Shown: in pieces, positions 22,601-34,828 of the stretch
How positions within the stretch are numbered: position 1 is the stretch's first letter
Layout of the letters: each line of letters opens with the position of its first letter
Origin: Naegleria gruberi
Taxonomy: Eukaryota
Direction: 5' to 3' (one strand)
Length of the DNA: 64,000 nt
Assembly: GCA_000004985.1 (NCBI GenBank)
Contig: GG738894.1
Program-made: the position numbers and the translations under genes
Notes under the pieces: generated by a model
Databases searched by the model: none
The model's input: the letters and a program-made list of their open reading frames with translations, nothing else
What the model was told of the DNA's origin: nothing

Positions 22601-23064
22601 AGGCAATTGAATCTATCGAGTGGCCACTTATTGCCTTGATCGGTTCTAGTTTTGGTATTGGTACTGCAATTACTCAATCAGGTATGGGTGAGGCTCTTGC
22701 AGAATTATTAAGATTGATGAATGTTCCAGTTATTCTACTTCCAGCATTTGTCGTTTTCATTACTCTAGTAGTGACTGCTGTCATTACCAATAATGCTGCT
22801 GTGGCTGTTTGTTTCCCATTGGCTATGGCTATTGCTAGATCGTACGGTTTAAATCCTCGATGCTTTGCCATGTGTGTCTGTATTGCTGCCTCCTCTGTAT
22901 TTGCCACTCCAATTGGCTACCAATGCAATATGATGATTATGGGACCTGGTGGTTATTCCTTTATCGATTATGTGAAAATTGGTTTACCATTGACAATTAT
23001 TTACTTTTTCGCCGTTAGTACATTTGTTCCACTCATTTGGGGATTGGAAGTTCCAAACTTTTAA
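19661..23064 (+). CDS. DASS/CitMHS (SLC13/ArsB-like) anion permease with internal TrkA-C domains and a large glycosylated N-terminal ectodomain; three exons
   Basis: Exons are 19661-20899, 20972-22386 and 22438-23064. Intron 1 is GTAAGT...AAATAG and intron 2 is GTAATG...GTCAAG, both in frame. Permease halves LVFGTAKYGLW...PIVVTALP and KDWAREN...MCYITTAAGLMTLIGTSTN / NLWWWEHLIFPFF...GYQCNMMIMGPGGY flank two TrkA-C-like segments (TIIFKGHPTNI..., GDTLLLIGKADF). Confidence 0.7.
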
Positions 23065-23143
23065 AATATTTGAAAATATTACAATATTAGAAATAATTAT
23101 TTATTTTGAAATATATATCACTTTTGGATAATATACAAATAGT

Positions 23144-23965
23144 TCAAACTTCTTTCCTTTTACAGAAAATCAAACAGCTCCAAATAAATACTGTTAATAC
23201 AATTGCCAAACAACACAATACAATACAAGCAATTCCTCCTCCTTTGAGACTTGTTTGAAGTGCCAACAATCTGTCCACTTCATCCAAATTTATAATTGGT
23301 TTCACAGAGAGTGTCACATTAGAACTCAACACTCCACTAATCAAAGTAGAATTATTCGAAAATTGATTATTCAAGTTATTGAGATACCACTCTGTTTCAT
23401 TCATGTAGCAGATTCCTTTTCCCAAATTAATGCTTGTCAATTCAATAGTCGAAAATAATCGATTAGTTTCAAGAGTGGTATTTAATTGTGGGAAACGATC
23501 ATCCTCAATTCGAATCAAACTTGCACATTTTTTCACTTTACAAACATTCGTATAATAAGTCGTCGATCCACAATAATAAAAACTATCCACACATTTTGCA
23601 GTAACATTCAACACTGTACAATTCATAACAAATTGATCCCTCACCATACTTTCTCTTTCAATTGAAACCACAACTTTCGAATTGGGTGAACAACATTCGA
23701 ATAACAATCCAGCACTCGCACCCAACAATCCAAGTACCAAGGCAGGTAAAACAAGCACTCCAACCACCAATAAGAACGTCCAATGCTTCCTCCCGAATGC
23801 ATTCTCCAACGAGTGAGGAATACTTGTCGGTCTAGTGCCCAAATTAACAACGACCGTAGTGGATTGTGCAATTTGTGCGTTTTGACCTGCAGAGGCCTCC
23901 CGTGGTGGGATGGCTGCTGGATTGGAATGCGAGGTGGAGGGAATGTGGGCTGGTAGAGTAGACAA
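23144..23965 (-). CDS. Hypothetical Cys-rich type-II-like membrane protein
   Basis: 273-aa ORF with one clear TM segment (WTFLLVVGVLVLPALVLGLLG), a Cys-rich ectodomain with N-glycosylation sites, and a second hydrophobic segment near the C-terminus. Confidence 0.4.
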   Translation of the reverse strand: MSTLPAHIPSTSHSNPAAIPPREASAGQNAQIAQSTTVVVNLGTRPTSIPHSLENAFGRKHWTFLLVVGVLVLPALVLGLLGASAGLLFECCSPNSKVVVSIERESMVRDQFVMNCTVLNVTAKCVDSFYYCGSTTYYTNVCKVKKCASLIRIEDDRFPQLNTTLETNRLFSTIELTSINLGKGICYMNETEWYLNNLNNQFSNNSTLISGVLSSNVTLSVKPIINLDEVDRLLALQTSLKGGGIACIVLCCLAIVLTVFIWSCLIFCKRKEV

Positions 23966-24074
23966 TTTTTTTAAAGTTGTTTTTTGATGAATTTACAAAA
24001 ATACTTTACAATAAATTTCTATAATTGATCTACTAGTAGATCAGTATTGATTTATCGTTGATGAGGGAGGACTA

Positions 24075-24992
24075 TTAAACATGATTAACACTTGAATAGT
24101 AATAAACCACTGCTTCAGTTTGTTGCGCAGCATTCGAAGTATTTCTATCCGAATCTTGTTCATAATTCTCCATTGCAGTAGAAGAATACTCAACTGTTGA
24201 AGCTTCTGTATATCTACGTGAATTCTCACCTCTATCTCCCACATTATCAGCATTTTCATTTTCCAATTGATCACTACTTGCATTACTTGTTGAACGATAT
24301 GGATTCTTTCCATTCAAAACATCCAAAACCTTAAAACAACAATTAGAACTCCAATCTCCTTCTGAAATTGTCTTGTGAATTCCAAATGCACAAATTGGTA
24401 AGACACAAAATACTAAAATGAGACCAACAGGGACCAAAATGAATGGAAGAATGCAATTGACATCACATTGGTTGACTGCAGTGGTTGATTGAGTGGAATT
24501 GGAATTGGTTTCAGTTAGGACATTCAGAAATTGTGTTGAAATTTCGTTAGCTGAAACTATTAGAATCGAATGAGTTGACGAATGAATGAGCATGAATAGT
24601 ATAAAGGAGAGAATTAAATATTGTTTCCATTTCAATAACTGAAACTTTTTCTGCAACAATTGTGATTTCATATAATTTCTTCTTGTTTTTTGAATTTTCC
24701 CTTTTTCATATTCATCACATTTGTATTGTTGTAATTTCTTCAACTTATTATTGGTAATAATATTAATAATCCTATTCCTTCTTGTAGTGTCATCTTGATC
24801 ATCGGAATTACAAGTTATAGTAGAATTAATACTACTGTCATATTGTGGTTGTTGCTGAGAGGATTCTCTTCCATGAATTGTCACACTTGATGAATTCTCC
24901 ATCACAGTTGTGGCCCTATCATGACATTGTTGGTGGTGTATGAACATTTTTTGTTTGTTGTTCATGAAATAGAAGAGACTATTGTGACACAA
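24075..24992 (-). CDS. Hypothetical membrane protein
   Basis: 305-aa ORF with a His/Gln-rich N-terminus and two hydrophobic segments; no domain recognised. Confidence 0.35.
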   Translation of the reverse strand: MCHNSLFYFMNNKQKMFIHHQQCHDRATTVMENSSSVTIHGRESSQQQPQYDSSINSTITCNSDDQDDTTRRNRIINIITNNKLKKLQQYKCDEYEKGKIQKTRRNYMKSQLLQKKFQLLKWKQYLILSFILFMLIHSSTHSILIVSANEISTQFLNVLTETNSNSTQSTTAVNQCDVNCILPFILVPVGLILVFCVLPICAFGIHKTISEGDWSSNCCFKVLDVLNGKNPYRSTSNASSDQLENENADNVGDRGENSRRYTEASTVEYSSTAMENYEQDSDRNTSNAAQQTEAVVYYYSSVNHV

Positions 24993-25132
24993 ACAACAAC
25001 TTGCATTAATAACGGCATTGGGTGGAGTTGAAGTTCGATATTGTGCGGCCTCTAATTGTCAAAAATAGTTTTGTTTTATTATTTCATGATCCTCACAAAA
25101 ACGATAACAAGTTATTTGGAGTTCGATAACAA

Positions 25133-27331
25133 TTAGTGAGTTTCAGTTGTTGTGGTGGTAGCTTCTGTTTGTTGAGATTGTTCGTTTGTTGTTTGATTAG
25201 TGGCAGCACCAATACGTTGTTGAATCATATTAACGACAAAGGCTGGATCAATAACGTGTTCGAAAATTAAACCAGATCTTTCCATACCCTTAGAATTGAC
25301 AGTCTTCAAGTAAATTCTATTGTCTTCAGCCCAAACACTCTTAATCTTTTCATAATTGACACTGACCAAGTTCATTCTCAAACGAAGTGGCAATTCAATA
25401 ACTCTAACAATACGTTCAGAGGTGATCAAATAGTGAACACTTCTTCTCTTGAAGAGAGCAAACCAAGTAATGAGGGCAATAACACCCAAAGTAAAGTACA
25501 AATGCAAGAATCCACTGAAAATCTTGAGTTTGAAAATAGAGATACCAGCATGGAGAGTACCATAGGCAATCAAACCAATAACGAATAAAATAAGGGCAAC
25601 CTTGGCAATGACACACAAGATACGTCCAAACTTTCTCTTACCATTACAAGCACCATGTTTCTTACCGTGACATGAAATATTCTTCTTGGCTGGCTTTTCA
25701 TACAATAAGAGAGTTTCAGTTGCCTTGGTAGCAGTTGATCTCATAAGTTTCCAGAACTTGGACAATCTCTTTTGCAATACTCTTTCTTGACGTGGAGTAT
25801 TTTCCATCTGTAAAGTGGAAGAAGAGAGAAGAGTTCTAGACTTTGGTTCTTTTGGATCTTGAATAATAACAGCTGAAGAGGAAACTTCATCGAGTTTGTA
25901 AACTTCTCCAGTACCTTCAAATGGATTGGCAAAGTATTGTCTAATGAATCTATCACAAGAACGTCTACTCTTACCATCCAAAACCTTAAAACCAATAATT
26001 ACAAAGATTACAGTAATAACTACTGAAAGAATCAAGAAACCTGGAATAGCACAACGAAGACTACGACGGAATCTACGAGCAACAGTTTCACGAGTGGCAA
26101 TAACATCTTCATGGTTCTCATCTCCACGACGATCCTTTTGTGGTTGTCTATTGTCAGCAGGAGCAATTGATGAGGATGGTTGTTGTCCTTGTTTACCAGA
26201 GTCAGGTTTAGCTTGATCGTTTGGTTGACCAGATTGTGGTGGTGCTTGCTGATTATCATTAGATGGTGGTGCTTGTGGCTTTGAGCTTTCTAGGATTCTC
26301 TTTTCACCACGACCAGATTGTGGTGGTTGATGTTTGGAGTATCCTCCATGACCCTTTCCTGGCTTTTCCATATCAAAGAACATGTCCATAACTTCCATCA
26401 TTCTCATTCTGTCTTCATCAATATAGCAAGAAATTTCACCAAGTTTAATAACACGATCTCTGCAATCTAAAGTTTGTTGTTGTAATGGATATGAACAAAC
26501 TCTTGACATGATGAAGGATTTCTTGGCAATCTTTGGTGGTTTAGTGTAAGAGTCTGGTCTTGATCTCATTACATGTCTAATTTCTCTAGTGTGTCTGGCA
26601 TGATTAGCAATTGAATGATGACCAGGATGGAATTCATCATGACCTGGACCACCAGGACCCAAGTTTCTGTGTGCAACTGAAACATTCAATTCGAGATAGT
26701 ACACTCCACGATCATAGTCAAAGTGTACAACAGAGTTATCTTGGTCAGTATTGACCTGGCAAACGCTCTTTCTATAATTTAAATGATTGTCAGCACTCTT
26801 ACCAATAGTTAAGAAGAATGCAATGGAGAGGAAAATAAATAAGAGTGAGAATACCCCAACAGCTCTTGGAATTCTTGTCCAAGTCTTACCCTTTAACGAT
26901 TTCAAAAATCTTTTTTGTTGGGCATGTTTACAATTTCTCCACTTCCAGAGCCATGATCTACGAGGAGCTTGTTCTCTTTGTGGCAATGGAATGGTAGTAT
27001 CTTGATTATTGGTAGTAGTAGTGGATGATGGAATTAAATTTTGGTTCATTGGAACTTCTTGTAATTCAACATCATTATGTACAATTGAAGATGGAATTGA
27101 TGATGAAGGAGGAACGTAATTGAATGGAATTGGATTCATACCACTCCATGGATACATGGTTGGGAGGTTATTTGTAGTAGTTTGATTAGCTGTTGATGGA
27201 GTTGTGGAATTTGGTTGTTGTTGATGAACCGTATAATAGGGAACATATTGAAGATCTTCGGAAGCCCCATTCAATGATGGATATTGGGAAGTTGGTTGTT
27301 GTTGTTGATTATTCATCTTCACTACTAACAA
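25133..27331 (-). CDS. Membrane protein with a C-terminal bPH_2 (DUF304/YdbT-like) PH domain
   Basis: 732-aa ORF: P/S-rich N-terminus, TM segments, a PQ-rich linker, then two adjacent TM helices followed by ITSERIVRVIELPLRLRMNLVSVNYEKIKSVWAEDNRIYLKTVNSKGMERSGLIFEHV, which fits the bacterial-type PH (bPH_2) pattern. Confidence 0.45.
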   Translation of the reverse strand: MLVVKMNNQQQQPTSQYPSLNGASEDLQYVPYYTVHQQQPNSTTPSTANQTTTNNLPTMYPWSGMNPIPFNYVPPSSSIPSSIVHNDVELQEVPMNQNLIPSSTTTTNNQDTTIPLPQREQAPRRSWLWKWRNCKHAQQKRFLKSLKGKTWTRIPRAVGVFSLLFIFLSIAFFLTIGKSADNHLNYRKSVCQVNTDQDNSVVHFDYDRGVYYLELNVSVAHRNLGPGGPGHDEFHPGHHSIANHARHTREIRHVMRSRPDSYTKPPKIAKKSFIMSRVCSYPLQQQTLDCRDRVIKLGEISCYIDEDRMRMMEVMDMFFDMEKPGKGHGGYSKHQPPQSGRGEKRILESSKPQAPPSNDNQQAPPQSGQPNDQAKPDSGKQGQQPSSSIAPADNRQPQKDRRGDENHEDVIATRETVARRFRRSLRCAIPGFLILSVVITVIFVIIGFKVLDGKSRRSCDRFIRQYFANPFEGTGEVYKLDEVSSSAVIIQDPKEPKSRTLLSSSTLQMENTPRQERVLQKRLSKFWKLMRSTATKATETLLLYEKPAKKNISCHGKKHGACNGKRKFGRILCVIAKVALILFVIGLIAYGTLHAGISIFKLKIFSGFLHLYFTLGVIALITWFALFKRRSVHYLITSERIVRVIELPLRLRMNLVSVNYEKIKSVWAEDNRIYLKTVNSKGMERSGLIFEHVIDPAFVVNMIQQRIGAATNQTTNEQSQQTEATTTTTETH

Positions 27332-27971
27332 TATTTATCTCAACGTGATGACGATGATAATACAATTATTATTAACAAAGGAGATTTTGCCGTTGATGAT
27401 AGTTCGCTATTTAAAAAATGTCGATACAAAAATGCGCGCTAACTGGGTAATGAGTTGGTTTTTTTAATGTTGTTTTTGCTGTTTTGAAAGCAGGAATTAG
27501 AAGGTAATAAAAATGCGACGATTAATACGCCTTAATACAGAGTTCCGTTCCACTAGTACTGTTTACGTTCGCTGATGGTTGACTTGTGAAGGACAATATT
27601 GCAGGGTTTGGAACAACAAAGTAGAAGATGCTATTGTCCTGTTCAGTGATGAAGAACTTTAAATTTTAGAAACTTACTGTTCTGCTCAATAACTATGCAA
27701 TATTACTTTATCTGATCTAATATTGGGTTAGTACTTTATTCCTCGTTATTCGAATGATGTAGAATAGTTGAACAACATGGTTATTGCATGGTTGTATATT
27801 AAATGACACTTCATCTCAACAATTTATTCGCCAAAATATCCTATTCATCCATTCCATTCTCAAAAAGAAATTTCGCCTCCATCCTCATTACAATTAATAT
27901 TTATGCGTTCATTCCAAATCGTCATTTCATAAAAGAGTCGAATTTACAATCTTTCCAAAATCATTGAATGT

Positions 27972-30900
27972 TTAATGCTTGTCACTGGATTTTACCGAAA
28001 GTACAGAAGGACGGGTTGAAGATTTGACAGAGAGTGGAGAGTTTCTGGTATTATTTACATTGTTTGAACTGTTTGTGACTGAGAGCTGTTGTTGGGATTG
28101 TTTGATAGGAGTTGTGTTGACCTGTCTTCCAGTTGTTGTTGATGAGCTTGAACCAGTTGCTGTTGTATTGGATGTGCTTGGAGTACTGGAATACTTTTGA
28201 GAGGTAGTCACAACTTTTCCACTATTAACATTTGTATTGACCTTATTCGTTGCTGTTGGTTGATTAGCAGTTGTAGAACTTGTTGTTGTGGACGTAAGCT
28301 TTGGAACTGTATTGGTTGCAGTTGATTTGTTGGCAGTCTGAGTTGTTGGTTTGACTTCGACTGGTGTGGAGGTAAGTTTTGGAACTGTATTGGTTGCAGT
28401 TGGTTTGTTGGCAGTCTGAGTTGTTGGTTTTACCTCCACTGGTAGTGGTAAAATTTCATTATCTTTCAGAACTGTCTTGGCAGAGGTTGAGGTGAGAATT
28501 TGAGGTTCTTCTCTATTACCACACAATCTATTCTTTCTGCATTTTCCTTTGGCATTGGCACTGATTTCGATACCCCTCTTCTCACTGGTGAAAAGTTTGT
28601 TGAGCATGACGAGAGGGTCCGCATCCGATCCAATATATACATTCGATCCGCTATTGCTAAAAACCTTATTATTTACAATATTTCCGAGTCCTTCCTTTCC
28701 AATCTTGATACCTTCAGCCATGCTATTGTGAATTTGATTATTTTCAATTGTTGGATTTCCACCATCCTTTATAAAAATGTTTGCTTCCAAACTTCCAAAA
28801 ATGTCATTATCAGCAATAGTGCCATGAGCACCTGAATGTATTTGAATTCCAACATGAGGAGAGTCACGAATAGTATTACCAGTAATGGTTGGATCTGCCT
28901 TTTCACAAATTTCCAAAGAAACTCCCTTAAAGGTACACTTTTCGATGGATGCATCACATTTTGATCCCTTCAATTTAACAGTACAATGTGGGAGTTTTCC
29001 AGTTGTTTTGGTATTTGGTTTGTACTCTGAATTGTAAACTATCAAATTTCTAATTTTCGAATATCTGACATTGTCAAAGAGAATGACATCCTCAACATCT
29101 TTTGGTTTGTAAAGAATGGCATGTGATTTTCCTTCCGAAATTCCCTTCAAAAAGACACTTCTGTCAATGAGAATTTGTTCCTTATAAACTCCAGGTCGAA
29201 TATTAATAATTGGTGTTGTGAGTGGTCTGGTTGGTTTGATGATTTTTCTTCCGTCTGATGGCCTCACAATGAAAGGCAAGTTGAATTTTTGCATTAAAAG
29301 TCTCTGCTTATCAACAAGTGAAATGTCAAGATTGGAGAGTGGATTACTCTTGACTGGATTGTTTGTTCCCAACATGACTCCTCCACTCGATCCACAATCT
29401 TCATACTCTCCAATATCTCCCAAATTACCAGTTCTAAAACTACTGGCCTTCTTTAGCGAGCCCGAGTCTGAGAAGGCATTCTTCATGGAACTGGCTGAAA
29501 AGGTTTTTGTCAATGAATGAGATGGTAGTGGCCTCTTTGGTATAATTTTCGTAATATCCATTGGAAGAGCATTGATAGCTGTTTGAATGGATGTATAGTC
29601 TCCCTTTCCATTAATATCTACTGTATATTCGAGTGAGTTTTGGAGAGGAATACTTCTCAATTCGGTCAATATTTGAGAGAAGGTTGGACGTTCGTCTGGA
29701 TCCTGTAAACAACAAGTCGAAACCAATCTAACAAAGCAATCAATAATTGGTGATTCTTGTGCCAATTTTTCAGCATTTTCAATCTTTGGTCTTTGTCCCA
29801 TAATTACCTGTGAAGCTACAGTGAATGGATTTTGAACATCGTGAAATGGAATTAAGTGAGTAATCAACTCGTACATGACCATTCCGAAACTGTAAACGTC
29901 AGCTTTTTCTCCTGAAGATGCTGCAGAACTGAACATTTCCTGTTTTTCAAGTTTCGAATATAATAAGTAAAGTAGTAATATTTGATAATAATTTGTTGCA
30001 TAATTTGAATAATAAATTGATATTAAAAGTCAATGCAAAAATACTTACTGGAGCCATCCATCCAGATGTACCTTTCATACCAGATACTCCTGAATTTCTA
30101 TTTCTCACAGAAGACAATCCAAAATCTGAAATTTTCGAAATCAAATTCTTATCCAACAACACGTTATGACTCTTCAAATCTCTGTGAATGATTGGTTTTG
30201 GTCTCGAGTGCAAATGATGCATTCCTTCGGCAATATCAATGGCAATTTGTAATTTCATTTCATTGCTGAGAATTGGTTGTGATTGGAGGAATTTCTTGTA
30301 CTTGTCTGCTTGTTCATCCTCATCATCCATTGGAGATTCGACAATGGTGAGTCCAGTTCCGAGAAGTTTCTTTGTGGTTGGTGTGATCACTTGTCTATTG
30401 TTTTGTTGATTTGAAGGAGGTTTTAATTTGCCATTCTGTGATGATTCATTGGTTGGTGAGAGTTGAGAAGAGTTTTGTTTCTTGGATTTCATCAGAGGTT
30501 CATAGTCATACTCTGGAAAGGTTGTTTCTAATACTTTATGAAGAGAGAAGGGCAGAAATTCCTATTTTTCAATATTACATTATATATTAATTATATATTA
30601 GAATATTAATATGATGTTGTGTGTTGTTGTTATTAATATTATTCCGAATGATGTTTTCCAATTAATTAAATTAAACATTATAATAACAATTAAATTGTTG
30701 GAAGAAGTTAAACACAAATATAATGGAGAGAAGAGTCATAAGAAGAAGAAGAAATTACACTTAGAAAAGAGAGAAATAATTAAACAACTCACCATAACAA
30801 TATAAACACACTGACTATCATCGGACCAACCAAAAACATTCAAAATATTGGAATGTTGTACTCGTAACATGATGGCAATTTCATTCAAAGTCTCCTTCCA

Positions 30901-31466
30901 CAATTCATCATCATCACTATAGCTAGCAAGTCCAATCTTATTTCTTGGTGTTCGACAATTCTCGGGTATGAACAATTGTTTAATAGCACAAACTTCACCA
31001 TCATAGGTTCCCTTACTATTATCATCATCATCATTCGTTATTATTAATTGTTATTATTAATTCATATAATTCAAATATAATGGTTTAAATTCCAAATCAA
31101 AATATTACAGCAATATTTGGATAGATTACATTGTATATAATGGCAATCAGGATGATTTTAATTTTTCATAATTTGTAATTGTATCCGTTATGAAGATATG
31201 AAATTAATTGGCAAAGGAAAAGATTTGATAATTAAAAACATTAACAAAGGAAATGATAGAACGATCATTGAATCAACTACTGAACAGACAAATTAAACAA
31301 CAACATACTTTACAAAGCCTTTAAATAATATATATTAAAAAAACGAGGGAAAATATATTGAAAACATACCAAAACCTCCTTTACCAATCTTTTCTCCAAA
31401 TTCTAAATCCTCCTTATCAATTCGAAATTCTTTAATTTCGTCTTCCAAATCTCCGATATTATTCAT
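27972..31466 (-). CDS. Protein kinase (TKL-like) fused to a C-terminal right-handed parallel beta-helix (pectin-lyase-fold/PbH1) domain and an S/T-rich tandem-repeat tail; at least 4 exons
   Basis: Exon 1 (31466 to about 31368) gives MNNIGDLEDEIKEFRIDKEDLEFGEKIGKGGFG. Exon 2 (about 31011-30793) gives KGTYDGEVCAIKQL...LNEIAIMLRVQHSNILNVFGW...VYIVM. Exon 3 (30561-30049) gives EFLPFSLHKVL, an N/Q insert, then IIHRDLKSHNVLLDKNLISKISDFGLS...GTSGWMAP. Exon 4 (29939-27972) gives EMFS...ADVYSFGMVMYELIT, then YTVDINGKGDYTSIQTAINALP and repeated NxIxNN/GIxI beta-helix turns, then 2 x 78-nt repeats. The exon 1/2 junction phase could not be resolved. Confidence 0.8.
28291..28445 (-). repeat. Two tandem 77-78-nt coding repeats (VKPTTQTANK[P/S]TATNTVPKLTST) in the kinase C-terminal tail
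   Basis: Near-identical direct copies at 28291-28371 and 28372-28445. Confidence 0.8.
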
Positions 31467-32774
31467 CTTCTTTGGATTGTAAAACTAAAGGTTGTTGCAA
31501 CGACTGTAAATATTTCGTTTTTTATATATATTTGATTATTGTATTGGGTATCGTGTTGTTTTGTTCACTTTCTTGATGGACTTTGAAAAAAGGTCAATGT
31601 CCACTGATGTCTATTGTTTTTTTTTAACTTGACGAGTGACAATCGGGCTCATTCTTGGGTCATCCAGAAAACAACATTGATTTTGTCGTTCAAGCAAAAA
31701 GCAATTCTCTATCTTTTACCTTGCATTTTACCAACAGCAAACAAAGTAAACGCCAAAAATAGAAGAAATGGCTGGTTTCATGGTTCACCGAGTTGTAAAT
31801 TATTTTGGCGCACTCTAAGAAAATGCACAACATTTACCAAGTTTGTTAGGATGAGATTTTACCTGCAACGATTCAAAGAACGTTGAGAGTAATCACTTGT
31901 TTATTGAATTGGTAGAAGGGTAGAAGAAAAGAAGGCTTCCCTAGAAAATGAAGATGATTGAAAAATCTCCAAATCAGAATCAGAAATGAATTAAGAGAAC
32001 AAGGAACATATTCAAACCTGCAGTGAAAGATAATCTTGAAGTTAAGATTCTCTATCATTAAAGCAGTTTCTCTTCAATGGTAATAACAATAAGTTTTAGA
32101 TTCAGAAAAGATTCGTCAATAATTGAAATCTAATCTTGTATCTACTCTTTGATTAATTTGAATGGAGTCCAACATTATGAACAATTCACCTCAAAGAAGG
32201 TTCAAGTTCGTGACATTTCTTCAGCTAAGGAAATTCTACTTGAAAATGCTCATTATGCCTTAACTATGGATATGGCTCAATAATAGATCCAAACAATTCG
32301 ATTTGAGTTACGATTGGTCTCAGATATCATAGTTAAGTATTATTAGAATGTTTTTACTTCCCCCTATCTAGAGGTAAGTGATATTTCAATCAGGCTCCAA
32401 GCTGATTTATGTAACATTCTGGATTATTCAACATTTTATTGATCGATGCTCGACAGAGGAGGAAATCCTGACATTCTAATTGAAGGCGTAGCTGCTTAGC
32501 ATTGAAAGATAAATCGGTCTGCAGTAGAGTTTCATCAATTATTATTAATGAAATTTCTCTCGAAAGTTAGATGGGGAATCCAATTAAGCATCGCATCTTT
32601 GATTAATTAGAGAAGAGGTTAAGGAACTAACCTTATGGTAATCTAATTGAGGATTCATTCATCTCCCAAACTTTCCGTAGATTCGTCACAGTGCGCAAGT
32701 TTGTAATCTAAAAAATATTTTGACAGAGAAAAAACCTCAAATCTAATAGAAATCAGTAAGTAGAAAGTTAACAT

Positions 32775-33164
32775 TTGTTACTTATTCTTCAGCAGGGGTC
32801 GGTCATGTTAAATTCTATCATTAAGGAACAACTTGATAGTCTCAGTATCACTGGTGTAGATAATAACGAACTTTCGTATATGGTAGAGAATGGAGCTAAA
32901 TTCACCACTTCCATCGTTACTGCCATGAAAAGAGGAAATGAGGCACAAATTCAGAAGGAGGTTAATGATTTTTTGGCCACCACAGACAAAGCAATTGTAG
33001 AGATTTTCCTTTCCTTATCCTGTCGGTATCAACTTGAGAAAGATGAGCTTGAAAAAGACTTATTCACCAATATCACCCCTCAAGAGTTTAGCAGAAATAT
33101 TAAAGCAATTCCTAAACCTCAAATCTTAAAGAGATATTCAGCTTTAATAAGGCTCCATTCCTAA
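32775..33164 (+). CDS. Hypothetical ORF (129 aa); gene status uncertain
   Basis: Isolated ORF followed by a repeat-rich, multi-frame-open low-complexity stretch; no domain recognised. Confidence 0.25.
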   Translation: MLLILQQGSVMLNSIIKEQLDSLSITGVDNNELSYMVENGAKFTTSIVTAMKRGNEAQIQKEVNDFLATTDKAIVEIFLSLSCRYQLEKDELEKDLFTNITPQEFSRNIKAIPKPQILKRYSALIRLHS

Positions 33165-33291
33165 ATGTAATGAGAAAATTAATAGAAACTCATCGAATTG
33201 CATCGGAGAAGCAAGAGTTGGAAGCAAAGGAAGTAAGAAAGTTACTTTTCGCGGAGCAGGGTGTTCAACAAAAAACTGCAAAAAAATCAAT

Positions 33292-33332
33292 GATTTATCC
33301 AACAATACACCAATAAATTCGGAAATTATGAG
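33292..33332 (+). repeat. 41-bp dispersed repeat B, copy 1
   Basis: atttatccaacaatacaccaataaattcggaaattatgagc is identical to 33845-33885. Confidence 0.8.
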
Positions 33333-33726
33333 CTTTATTCTACTACACGCACGTAATAGATTATTTTCAACACTGAACAACCACAAAACCAATTTCTACT
33401 AATCTATTACCCTTGAAATACTAGCAAACCGAATAATGGTTGACAAGATGAAAAACTTGAAAATTAATTTTCAAGAAAATCTTGCCTAATTGTAATAGAA
33501 TCAATTCCATTACAATTACCTCGTCCAATACTACAACCATTATTCAAACACCCACAGAGTCTTTGACACTCCAAAAAATCCCCTCACCAACCCTAGAACC
33601 CAATTCTATGTTGGCCTATTGAGCGCAGATTTTTAAGCACCACAAAGTCCTTGATAACACACCACTAATAAAATAACAATAAAGACGTATCAAAAGAATT
33701 AATATACTCACCGAGTGTTGGGGTGG

Positions 33727-33885
33727 GTGGTGGGGAATCAAAGTATTAAGCTTGCTCAATGTTGAAAATTTTTTAGACAAATTTTCCTATTTCTTGGTGT
33801 ATTGTTTACAATAAACTTTAGTGAGTTGAATACTCACTCCAATTTATCCAACAATACACCAATAAATTCGGAAATTATGAGCCCA
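33727..33885 (+). repeat. Composite repeat A (about 112 bp) followed by B (41 bp)
   Basis: gaatcaaagtattaagcttgctcaatgttgaaaattttttagacaaattttcctatttcttggtgtattgtttacaataaactttagtgagttgaatactcactccaa recurs almost identically at 34718-34828; it is followed here by the B unit. Confidence 0.8.
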
Positions 33886-34717
33886 TACTAGCAACCTAAT
33901 TCTTTTGATACGTGATTGGCTAAAACTTAATCACAAACTCAACTATCTAGATAAACCATACAAGCTAATTCTTCCATATAAATGGAGAATGTGCCTTAAA
34001 GGAGCCTGAATCAATGCATTAGCTTAAATCAAAACATCACCTCTCTGGAGAACATCAAGCCAATGATTACTAATCGTGATGAATAAATAGGTTTCGCTGT
34101 GAATGGATCATTAAGGGTATTCAATTTTGGAGGTCAACAGGAATATTAATAACATGTGGAAGTGGAGGTGTGTGTTCAAGATTATATGCTTGGCTGATAA
34201 TATTCTCAAATTTAAAACATCTAGCCCATAACCCATTATGTCCAATATATTCGGAAGGATTGATTGAAGCCCTGAATCCTTTGTTAGCAATCAAGTTACT
34301 GTTATTAGGTGAGATGGAGACTTGCTGGTTCATCAGTCTTAAGGTTCATGAATTTCATAAAAGACTAGAGAACCTAAGGTGGAAGTGATGAGTCGTCTCC
34401 ACTTATTCCGAAGTAAGTATTCTTGGGAAATAATCTTATCTACTTGCGTATGGTTGAACTCTATCCTTTAGCGTTCACTTTTGCAACCATCAAGAAAAAG
34501 GATACTTGTTGTTGTGTATCACCTTGACTATATGAGCTTTCCGAAGAAGAACAACCGTTTTGAAAGTGTTAATGTGTTCTGTTGACTTAACAATTATTAT
34601 AAACAGTGTCCGAATGTTGAAGATGAAGGAACCGGATGTCTGGTCGGAAGAGAATTGGTGCTAGGTTTATCGTGCTGTTTCTTGCTCTGGTTGAAAAAAA
34701 TTACTCTCCTTGAATCA

Positions 34718-34828
34718 AAGTATTAAGCTTGCTCAATGTTGAAAATTTTTTAGACAAATTTTCCTATTTCTTGGTGTATTGTTTACAATAAACTTTAGTG
34801 AGTTGAATACTCACTCCAAAGAACAAAA
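34718..34828 (+). repeat. Repeat A, copy 2, immediately upstream of ORF 34921-35703
   Basis: Near-identical to 33729-33841. Confidence 0.8.

Noticed and set aside
31614-32760. Possible small RNA gene in the relatively GC-rich intergenic stretch 32280-32760
   Set aside because: No match to remembered snRNA motifs (no Sm site/U6 box), no convincing stem-loop architecture, and the only ORF (31614-31886) is low-complexity. Left unannotated.
33842-33885. Repeat B appearing to encode the same C-terminal peptide IYPTIHQ* in two places
   Set aside because: At the second copy an in-frame stop lies a few codons upstream (TGA in ...agttgaatactcac...). The shared peptide is a by-product of the nucleotide repeat, not evidence of a duplicated gene.
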